A DNA stretch of 64,000 bases from assembly GCA_036505195.1 (NCBI GenBank), contig DASXTX010000006.1, forward strand, positions 11,553-75,552, written 5' to 3'. Under the pieces are notes generated by a model, which did no database searches, had not been told where the DNA came from, and saw nothing but the letters and a program-made list of their open reading frames with translations. Of this stretch, positions 38,908-46,299 are shown piece by piece; the stretch's first letter is position 1; each line of letters starts with the position of its first letter. A program made the translations under genes and the position numbers. The DNA comes from Actinomycetota bacterium (GTDB lineage Bacteria > Actinomycetota > UBA4738 > HRBIN12).

Positions 38908-39498
38908 GTGCCCGATTACGACACGAGGACCGCCCTGCTCGTCGTGGACGTCCAACACGACTTCGCCGACGCGGTCGGCAGCCTCTACGTCCGGGGCGCG
39001 GAGGAGATCGTTCCGCTCGTGAACGACGAGGTGGCCTCGGCGGTCGATGCGGGCGCGCTGGTCGTCTACTCCCAGGACTGGCACCCCGAGAGCACGCCGC
39101 ACTTCGAGAAGGACGGCGGGATCTGGCCCGTGCACTGCGTGCACGACACGTGGGGGGCCGAGTTCCACTCGGAGCTCCGGGTGGTGGAGGACGCGCCGGT
39201 GATCCGCAAGGGGATCATGGGCGAGGACGGCTACTCCGCGTTCAGCGTCCGCGACCCGCGCAGCGGGGAGTCGTGGGAGACCGCGCTCGGCACGGTGCTC
39301 CGCGACCGGATGATCCGACACGTCGTCATCTGCGGTCTCACGACCGACTACTGCGTGGTCGAGTCGGTCTCGGACGCGCGGGCCCGCCACCTGGAGGTCG
39401 ACGTCCTCACCTCCGCGATCCGCGCGGTCGACCTGCGCAGCGGCGATGGGCAACGCGCGCTCGAACGCATGCGCGACGTCGGCGCCGTCCTCGTGTAG
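38908..39498 (+). CDS. pncA: isochorismatase-family hydrolase, nicotinamidase/pyrazinamidase-like
   Basis: LLVVDVQHDF, DWHP, and ICGLTTDYCV (catalytic Cys context). Confidence 0.75.
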   Translation: MPDYDTRTALLVVDVQHDFADAVGSLYVRGAEEIVPLVNDEVASAVDAGALVVYSQDWHPESTPHFEKDGGIWPVHCVHDTWGAEFHSELRVVEDAPVIRKGIMGEDGYSAFSVRDPRSGESWETALGTVLRDRMIRHVVICGLTTDYCVVESVSDARARHLEVDVLTSAIRAVDLRSGDGQRALERMRDVGAVLV

Positions 39499-39510
39499 CG
39501 GGCTCGGCGA

Positions 39511-40353
39511 TTACGACTGGCACTGCGGGCAGAAGTACGCGTTCCGCCCCGATATCTTGACGGCCTGGATCGGCGTCCGGCAGCGACGGCACGGGAGGCC
39601 GGCCCGCCCGTACACCTTGAGTTCGCTCTGGAACTCGCCCGGCTTGCCGAACAGGTCCAGGTACGCCTCGTCCTCGAGCGTCGTGCCGCGGAACCGGATC
39701 GCCTCCTGCAGGACCTCCTGCATCGCGCGGTAGAGCCGTCGCACCTCCTGGGAGGACAGCGTGTCCGACGGACGGTCGTAGCGCAGACCGGCGGCGAACA
39801 GGACCTCGTCGGAGTAGATGTTCCCCAGACCGCTCACGAACTTCTGATCCATCAGCAGCTGCTTCATCTTGGTCGCCCGCTGCGCGAGCGCGGATCCGAA
39901 GGCCTGCCACGTGAACACGTGGTCGAGCGGATCGATCGCGAGGTGCTGGAGCTCCTTGACCTTGCCGAGCTCGTCCGCGGTGGCGACGAACATCTCGCCG
40001 AACGTCCGCGGGTCGACGAACCGAAGGTCGCCGCCCTGCTGGAAGGTGAGCACCACATGGGTATGCGGCGGGAGCGCCACCCGCTTGTTGGCGCGCACGA
40101 ACTGCCCGCTCATGCCGAAGTGCGTCACCAGCACGTCGCCATTGTCCATGTGGAGCAGGAGGTACTTGCCGCGTCGCTCGGCCTTGGTGAACTTGCGCCC
40201 CACGACGAGATCGCTGAACTCCTTGCGCTTGGCGTGCCGGCGGATCACCCGCATCGCGTTCTTCGACGGCCGCACCTCCGCCTCGACGACCTTGCGACCC
40301 ACGACGTCCTTCTCGAGGTCCCGGCGCATCACCTCGACTTCGGGAAGTTCCAC
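39511..40353 (-). CDS. fpg: formamidopyrimidine-DNA glycosylase family protein with atypical N-terminus
   Basis: Fpg/Nei fold with H2TH and a C-terminal zinc finger (CRRCRTPI...CPQCQ), in the canonical position after rnc. The only nearby start is GTG 40353, giving M-E-L-P-E-V-E instead of M-P-E-L-P-E-V-E. Confidence 0.8.
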   Translation of the reverse strand: MELPEVEVMRRDLEKDVVGRKVVEAEVRPSKNAMRVIRRHAKRKEFSDLVVGRKFTKAERRGKYLLLHMDNGDVLVTHFGMSGQFVRANKRVALPPHTHVVLTFQQGGDLRFVDPRTFGEMFVATADELGKVKELQHLAIDPLDHVFTWQAFGSALAQRATKMKQLLMDQKFVSGLGNIYSDEVLFAAGLRYDRPSDTLSSQEVRRLYRAMQEVLQEAIRFRGTTLEDEAYLDLFGKPGEFQSELKVYGRAGLPCRRCRTPIQAVKISGRNAYFCPQCQS

Positions 40354-41210
40354 TACGCCCCCTTCTTCCGGGGGGCTACCACTCGCGCATCCGCGCTCGC
40401 TCCTTGAGCCCCCCCGGCCCCCTTCTTCCGGGGGGCTACCGCTCGCGCATCCGCGCTCGCTCCTTGAGCCCCCCCGGCCCCCCACTTCCCGGCAGGCTCC
40501 GCCGGCTCCGCACGCTCCGACAGGCGGACGTAGGCCTGATGCGCGGCCTGCTGCTCCGCCTCCTTCTTCGAGCGGCCGATGCCGGTGCCCCACTCCTTGC
40601 CGGCGAGGAACACCGTGGCCGTGAATTCCTTCTGATGATCGGGCCCGCGTTCGCGGATCCGGTACTCCGGCACCGAGCGCACCTCGGCGGAGGCGAGCTC
40701 CTGCAGGATCGTCTTGTAGTCGCGCTCGCCCTCGCCGCGGACGTAGGCGATCATCCGGGGCCGGAACACCCGCTCGACCAGCTTGCGCGCCGCGGGGAGG
40801 TCGCGATCCAGGTACACGGCGCCCAACACGGCCTCGAGCGCGTCCGCCAGGATGCTGCTCTTGTCGCGGCCCCCGCTCATCTCCTCGCCGCGGCCGAGCA
40901 GGACGAATCTCCCGAGCCCGAGGTCCCGGGCCGCGTCGGCGAGCGCGCTCATGTTGACGATCGCGGCCCTCAGCTTCGCGAGTTCGCCCTCGGGCATCTC
41001 GGGGAACTCGCGGAAGGCCATGTCGGTGACGACGACCCCCAGGACCGCGTCGCCGAGGAACTCGAGGCGCTCGTTGTTCGCGGGCAGCTCGTTCTCGAAC
41101 GCGTACGAGCGGTGGGTGAGCGCGAGTTCACGCAACGACCCGTCACGGAACCGGACGCCGAGGATCCGATCGAGCGCTTTCGGCCCCTCCGGGGCGCGCT
41201 CCCGGGCCAC
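40353..41210 (-). CDS. rnc: ribonuclease III with repeat-encoded C-terminal tail
   Basis: RNase III signature (ERLEFLGDAVLG) and dsRBD (GPDHQKEF...SKKEAEQQAAHQAY). The ORF then reads through both 60-bp repeats and stops (TAG) overlapping the fpg GTG. Confidence 0.88.
   Translation of the reverse strand: MARERAPEGPKALDRILGVRFRDGSLRELALTHRSYAFENELPANNERLEFLGDAVLGVVVTDMAFREFPEMPEGELAKLRAAIVNMSALADAARDLGLGRFVLLGRGEEMSGGRDKSSILADALEAVLGAVYLDRDLPAARKLVERVFRPRMIAYVRGEGERDYKTILQELASAEVRSVPEYRIRERGPDHQKEFTATVFLAGKEWGTGIGRSKKEAEQQAAHQAYVRLSERAEPAEPAGKWGAGGAQGASADARAVAPRKKGAGGAQGASADARVVAPRKKGA
40358..40477. repeat. REP-like repeat, locus B: two tandem 60-bp copies (1 mismatch)
   Basis: The unit CCCCCTTCTTCCGGGGGGCTACC(A/G)CTCGCGCATCCGCGCTCGCTCCTTGAGCCCCCCCGG occupies 40358-40417 and 40418-40477. 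Confidence 0.9.
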
Positions 41211-41213
41211 GCG

Positions 41214-41390
41214 CTACTCGACCTCGATCGCTTGGCGACCCGCGTAGTACCCGCAGTTCCCGCAGACCCGATGGGGGAGCTTCGGCTGATGGCACTGGGG
41301 GCACTCGGAGTAGGTGGGCGGCTGCGCCTTCCAGTTGGCCTTGCGCTTGGCTCCGCGCGTGTGACTCTGGCGTCGCTTGGGTACCGGCAT
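41214..41390 (-). CDS. rpmF: 50S ribosomal protein L32 (Cys-containing form)
   Basis: MPVPKRRQSHTRGAKRKANWK with CPQC...CGNCG. 58 aa. Confidence 0.9.
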   Translation of the reverse strand: MPVPKRRQSHTRGAKRKANWKAQPPTYSECPQCHQPKLPHRVCGNCGYYAGRQAIEVE

Positions 41391-41401
41391 GTCGATCCTC
41401 T

Positions 41402-41956
41402 CTAGCTGGTCGTCGTTCGGTCGTCGTCGTCGGACGGCTCCTGGTCGGGCTGCGCCTCCAGGTGCTGCAGCAGCACGTCGAGGGCGTCCCACCGAGGATC
41501 GGTCACCTCGTGACCGGGGCACTCGCCGAGGTTGCGGTCGCCGCCGCAGATCTCGCACAGGCCCAGGCAGTCGGGACGGCACAGCGGCGAGAACGGCATC
41601 TCGAGCACCACCGCGTCGCGCACGATCGGCTCGGGGTCGAGCGTCAGATCCGGCTTGAGCGCGTAGTCGTCGTCGGGACCGGGCTCGCGCGGGACGAGCT
41701 CGGTCATCTCCACGTCGAAGTCTCGTTCGAACGTCTTGAGGCATCGGGCGCACCGCATGGCGAAGCGCCCCTCGAGCGAACCCCGAACGAAGATGCCCTC
41801 GACCACGCTCTCGAGCGTGAGGTCGGCGGCGATCGGCGTGCCCTCGGGCACGTCGGCGAGCTCGGTCCGCAGACCGGGGACCGGCTCCTCCACGTGCACG
41901 GTCCGCGAGGATCCCGGGGTCTCGAGGAGATCTCGGACGTCGATCGCTCGCATCAC
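41402..41956 (-). CDS. yceD: YceD/DUF177 family protein
   Basis: 184 aa with CARCL...(CxxC) and an acidic C-terminus, in the conserved position upstream of rpmF. Confidence 0.8.
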   Translation of the reverse strand: MMRAIDVRDLLETPGSSRTVHVEEPVPGLRTELADVPEGTPIAADLTLESVVEGIFVRGSLEGRFAMRCARCLKTFERDFDVEMTELVPREPGPDDDYALKPDLTLDPEPIVRDAVVLEMPFSPLCRPDCLGLCEICGGDRNLGECPGHEVTDPRWDALDVLLQHLEAQPDQEPSDDDDRTTTS

Positions 41957-42501
41957 GCCTCCTCATCCTCCCGGTCCTCCGACAACCTCACCTCGGGTCC
42001 GAGCTCATCGCTCGGCGTGGCGCCGCGCAGCTTCTCGCGCCCCGCGACGACCTGGTCGATCGTCCGGGAGAGCCCGTCGTTGGACGCCATCATGTCCTCG
42101 AGGATCTTCTGGAGCGTTCCTTCCAGCTGCGCGAGCTTCGCATCCACGTAGTCCTCGGCCTCGAGCCGCAGCCGGCGGGCGTCTTCCTCGGCCTCATGCA
42201 CGATGCGTTCGGCCTCGTCCTTGGCCCGCTGCATGACCGCTTCGTGGGACGCGAGACGCAGCTGCTCGGCACGTGCCTGCTCCACCATCGCCTCGGCGTC
42301 GCGCCGGGCCTTGGCGAGCAGCTCCTCGCGATCCTTGACAACCCAGCGCGCCTGCTTGATCTCGTCGGGGAGCGAGCTCTTCAAGTCCTCGATCAGGTTC
42401 AAGACCTCGTCGCGGTTCAGCAGCGCGGACGACGACAGGGGCATCGACTTCGCGTCGCGCACCATCTCCTCGAGCTCGGACAGGCGGGAGGTGAGATCCA
42501 T
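41953..42501 (-). CDS. coiled-coil protein of unknown function
   Basis: 182 aa, highly charged with heptad-like sequence. ATGA-type overlap with yceD, and the start abuts the coaD stop. Family not confidently recognised. Confidence 0.6.
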   Translation of the reverse strand: MDLTSRLSELEEMVRDAKSMPLSSSALLNRDEVLNLIEDLKSSLPDEIKQARWVVKDREELLAKARRDAEAMVEQARAEQLRLASHEAVMQRAKDEAERIVHEAEEDARRLRLEAEDYVDAKLAQLEGTLQKILEDMMASNDGLSRTIDQVVAGREKLRGATPSDELGPEVRLSEDREDEEA

Positions 42502-42987
42502 CTACGCGGCACTCCCGAGCTTGTCGGCCAGCCGCCCCGCGACGTGGGCCGGGACGAGGTTCGACACGTCCCCGCCGAAGCGTGCGACCTCCTTGACGAG
42601 CGAGGAGGACAGGAACGACCACTGCGGGCTCGTGGTCATGAACAGGGTCTCGACCCCCGCGAGCTGGTGGTTCATCTGCGCCATCTGGATCTCGTACTCG
42701 AAATCGGTCACCGCCCGGAGCCCCTTCACCACGACGTCGGCGCCCCTGCGGGTTGCGTATTCGACGAGCAATCCGCTGAACGCCTCGACCTCGACGTTGC
42801 CGAGCGTGTGCACCGCCTCCTTGATCATCCCCACCCGCTCCTCGGCTCCGAACAGCGGCTCCTTGGACGGGTTGTCGAGCACGCCGACGATCAGCGCGTC
42901 GAAGCGCCCCGCAGCCCGTTCGATGATGTCGATGTGACCGTTCGTGACGGGGTCGAACGTCCCCGGACACAGGGCGGTCAGGCCCAT
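42502..42987 (-). CDS. coaD: phosphopantetheine adenylyltransferase
   Basis: [16 protein letters not shown] nucleotidyltransferase motif. 161 aa. Confidence 0.92.
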   Translation of the reverse strand: MGLTALCPGTFDPVTNGHIDIIERAAGRFDALIVGVLDNPSKEPLFGAEERVGMIKEAVHTLGNVEVEAFSGLLVEYATRRGADVVVKGLRAVTDFEYEIQMAQMNHQLAGVETLFMTTSPQWSFLSSSLVKEVARFGGDVSNLVPAHVAGRLADKLGSAA

Positions 42988-43542
42988 CTAAACCTCCCGG
43001 AATATGAAGACGAGGGTGTCGCCGTAGGACAGTCGCCTCGCGACGAGCCAGTGTAGCGGAATGACAGGCGTGGAAGACCGTTTCGGGCGCGTCAGGACCA
43101 CGCGCCAGGCGTGCCCGGAGAGCCCGGCGGAGCCGATCGCCGCCACCAGCCCGTCCAGCTCGTCCGGGTCCATCGCGTACGGGGGGTCGGCGAACACCAG
43201 GTCGAACCCCTCGAGAGGATTGTCATCTCTGGTGACAAATGTGAGCACGTCCGAGGGAACGATCTCCGCGACCTCCCCGAGCCGCGCCCGGGCGAGGTTG
43301 TCGCGGATCGCCGCGAGCGCCGCCCGGTCCCGCTCGACGAGCGTCGCGTGCTCGGCGCCCCGCGAGAGCGCCTCGATCGCCATCGCGCCGGTCCCCGCGT
43401 ACAGGTCCAGGACGCGCGTCCCCGGCACCTCCGCCGCGAGGCTGGAGAACACGCCCTCGCGCGCCATGTCGGAGACGGGGCGAACGCCGCGCGGGACCGG
43501 GCCCAGCCGAACGCCCTTGGCCGTGCCCGCGATCACCCTCAC
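42988..43542 (-). CDS. rsmD: 16S rRNA (guanine966-N2)-methyltransferase
   Basis: MRVIAGTAKG, LDLYAGTGAMAIEALSRGA, and DPPY motif. Confidence 0.88.
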   Translation of the reverse strand: MRVIAGTAKGVRLGPVPRGVRPVSDMAREGVFSSLAAEVPGTRVLDLYAGTGAMAIEALSRGAEHATLVERDRAALAAIRDNLARARLGEVAEIVPSDVLTFVTRDDNPLEGFDLVFADPPYAMDPDELDGLVAAIGSAGLSGHAWRVVLTRPKRSSTPVIPLHWLVARRLSYGDTLVFIFREV

Positions 43543-45776
43543 GAGTGGAACAGCCAGTCGATCGACCCCTCGAACCTCGACCGGAGTTCCGCCAGCAGAC
43601 CCGGCTCACCCGCAAGGTCGGGATCGCGATCGATCGCCGCGAAGGCGCGGGCGCGGGCCCGCTTGACGAGGTCGAGGTCGTCGGCCAGGCGCGCGAGCTT
43701 GAGGTCCGGCAGGCCCGACTGCTTGACGTCGAACAGCGTCCCCTCCCCGCGCAGGCGCAGGTCCTCGTCGGCCAGCTCGAACCCGTCCGTCGTACGGACC
43801 ATGGCCTCCAGCCGCGCGCGAGCCTCGAGGTTGCCCTCCTCGGACTCGTCGAACAGCACGCATGTCGACGGGTGCGCCCCCCGTCCGATCCGGCCGCGGA
43901 GCTGGTGCAGCTGCGCGAGGCCGAAGCGCTCGGCGTTCTCTACCAGCATCACGGTCGCGTTCGGAACGTCCACGCCGACCTCGATCACCGTCGTCGAGAT
44001 CAACAGGTGCGTGCGTCCCGAGCGAAACCCGTCCATCACGCGCTCCTTCTCGGCCGGGCGCAGCTTGCCGTGCAGCACCTGAACGGACAGATCGGGGAAG
44101 ACGTCGGTCGCCAGGCGCTGCGCCTCCCCCTCCGCCGCGCGGACCTGGTTCCGGTTGGTCTCGTCGATCGCCGCGCACACCACGAACGCCTGCCGCCCCG
44201 CCTCGACCTCGGCCAGGACGAGCTCGTAGGCGGCCTGCCGTTGCGGCTGCGTGCGCGCGATCAGGGTTCGGATCGGTTGGCGGCCCTTGGGCATCTCGTC
44301 GAGGACCACGACGTCCAGATCGCCGTAGTAGGTGAGCGCGAGCGTCCGCGGGATCGGGGTCGCCGTCATGATCAGGACGTCCGGCGACGCGCCCTTGCCC
44401 TTGAGCGCCATCCGCTGGTGCACGCCGAACCGGTGCTGCTCGTCGATGACCGCCAGCGAGAGGTCCGCGAACGCGACCCCCTCCTGGATGAGCGCATGGG
44501 TGCCCACGACGAGGTCGACGTCCCCCGCCGCGATGCCATCCAGGATCCGGGCTCGGTCCTTCCCCGTCACGGCGGCCGTGAGGAGGGCGTACGTCACGCG
44601 GGGCTCGTCGTCCGCTTCGGGACCAGGATCCAACAGCGAGCCCTGGGCCGGGTCCGAGCTCGCGCCCGACGCGAGCTCGAGGAACCGGAGCGCCCCCGAC
44701 CCACCGAGGAGCGCCTCGACCTGTCGGAAATGCTGTCCCGCCAGCACCTCGGTGGGAGCCATGATCGCTGCCTGGTGGCCCGATCCGATCGCGACGAGCG
44801 CCGCGTGCACCGCGACGAGCGTCTTGCCGGAGCCGACGTCCCCCTGGAGCAGGACGTTCATCGGGCGCGGGCGCGCCATCGCCGCATCGATCTGCTCCGT
44901 TGCCCGGCGCTGCGCGGCGGTGGGCTCGAACGGCAGCGTTCGGTCGAGGCGTTCGAGCAGCGGACCTCCCGGCTCGTGCGCCACGCCGATCTCGGCGCGC
45001 TCGACCCGATGCTTCCGGAACGCCAGCCCAAGCTCGAGGACGAACAGCTCGTCGAACTTCAGCCGTTCGATCGCGGCGGCGAGCTCGGGTTGCGAGCCCG
45101 GGAAGTGGATGTCCCGGATCGCACGGTCGAACGGAGGCAGCGCCTCCGCGCTGATCAGGTCCTCGGGCATGGGATCGGGGATCGGAGCGAGTCGTCCGAG
45201 CGCGCGCCACACGAGCTCGCGGATCGTGCGCGTCGTGATGCCCTCGGATGCTCGGTGGATCGGCGTGATCCGCCCCGTGTGCACAAGGTCCTGGTCGTCG
45301 CCCTTGAGCAGCTCGATCTCCTGGTTCGCGAGCTGGAGCCGCCCTCGGTACAGCTGCGCGATGCCCGAGACCGCGACCTCGTATCCCTCCTTGTACATCG
45401 AACCCGTCCAGGGCTGGTTGAAGAACGTTAGGTCGAGGTAGCCCGAGCCGTCGTACAGCGTGATCGTGACCATCGACTGCCGGCGCCGGGTCTGCCGCTT
45501 GGAGACCCGCTTCACACGTGCGATCACGGTCGCGTAGGTGCCGATCTTGAGCTCCCCGATCCGCGACACCTGGGAGCGGTCGATGTACCGGCGCGGGTAG
45601 TGATGCAGGAGGTCGCGGACGGTCCCGATACCCTGGTCGGCCAGGACCTCGGACGCCGGCGGGCCCTTCGTCCGCAGGCCGACCCGGCGCGCGGCCAGCT
45701 GGCGATCGATCGCGCCAACCGGGCTCTCGAGCGTCAGGCCTCGGGCGCGAGGCTCCTTGGTCCGGACGTCCTCCAC
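43539..45776 (-). CDS. recG: ATP-dependent DNA helicase RecG
   Basis: Wedge/OB N-terminal region and SF2 helicase motifs (GDVGSGKT, DEQHRFG, TATPIPRT, QLHQLRGRIGRG). Start (GTG 45776) is uncertain, and the upstream part of the 885-aa track ORF is Arg-rich. Confidence 0.85.
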   Translation of the reverse strand: MEDVRTKEPRARGLTLESPVGAIDRQLAARRVGLRTKGPPASEVLADQGIGTVRDLLHHYPRRYIDRSQVSRIGELKIGTYATVIARVKRVSKRQTRRRQSMVTITLYDGSGYLDLTFFNQPWTGSMYKEGYEVAVSGIAQLYRGRLQLANQEIELLKGDDQDLVHTGRITPIHRASEGITTRTIRELVWRALGRLAPIPDPMPEDLISAEALPPFDRAIRDIHFPGSQPELAAAIERLKFDELFVLELGLAFRKHRVERAEIGVAHEPGGPLLERLDRTLPFEPTAAQRRATEQIDAAMARPRPMNVLLQGDVGSGKTLVAVHAALVAIGSGHQAAIMAPTEVLAGQHFRQVEALLGGSGALRFLELASGASSDPAQGSLLDPGPEADDEPRVTYALLTAAVTGKDRARILDGIAAGDVDLVVGTHALIQEGVAFADLSLAVIDEQHRFGVHQRMALKGKGASPDVLIMTATPIPRTLALTYYGDLDVVVLDEMPKGRQPIRTLIARTQPQRQAAYELVLAEVEAGRQAFVVCAAIDETNRNQVRAAEGEAQRLATDVFPDLSVQVLHGKLRPAEKERVMDGFRSGRTHLLISTTVIEVGVDVPNATVMLVENAERFGLAQLHQLRGRIGRGAHPSTCVLFDESEEGNLEARARLEAMVRTTDGFELADEDLRLRGEGTLFDVKQSGLPDLKLARLADDLDLVKRARARAFAAIDRDPDLAGEPGLLAELRSRFEGSIDWLFHS

Positions 45777-45791
45777 GCCGTCGGTTCTACC

Positions 45792-46298
45792 ATGCGGTCC
45801 ATGACGCTCCGCCGTCTCGGTCTCGCGCTCGCCTGCTGGGCACTGCTCGCGGCGGCGTGCGGCTCGAACGCACCGTCGACGCCCGCCCGGCTCCCCACCG
45901 ACCCGACCGCTCTGCCCGAGTTCACGCTCGCGGACTACCGGCACGCGCTCGGCGAGCTGCGGGGAACGCCGGTGGTGGTCAACGTGTGGGCGTCGTGGTG
46001 CGGCCCCTGCCGGGAGGAGGCGCCGCTCCTCGCGGCGGCGCACCGGACGTACGGCGACCGCGTCCGGTTCATCGGCGTCGACATCCTCGATGAGCGCGGA
46101 TCGGCACGGGACTTCATGCGCGAGTACGGGTGGACCTACCCGAGCGTGTACGACCCGAGCGGCGAGATCCGCGACGGCCTCGGCCTGCTCGGTCAACCCG
46201 TGACGCTCTTCTACGACGCGTCGGGAGAGCTGGTCGACACGTGGACGGGCCCGCTCTCGAAGGAGGCGTTGCGTTCGCGCCTCGATGCGATCGCGTGA
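45792..46298 (+). CDS. thioredoxin-like (TlpA/ResA-type) lipoprotein
   Basis: Lipobox-like LLAAACG and active site WASWCGPC. Confidence 0.8.
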   Translation: MRSMTLRRLGLALACWALLAAACGSNAPSTPARLPTDPTALPEFTLADYRHALGELRGTPVVVNVWASWCGPCREEAPLLAAAHRTYGDRVRFIGVDILDERGSARDFMREYGWTYPSVYDPSGEIRDGLGLLGQPVTLFYDASGELVDTWTGPLSKEALRSRLDAIA

Positions 46299-46299
46299 T

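Noticed and set aside
3881-40477. Possibility that the recurring GC-rich repeats form a CRISPR array.
   Set aside because: The copies are dispersed over 37 kb at four intergenic loci or are directly tandem with no spacers. There is no regular repeat-spacer periodicity and there are no cas genes.
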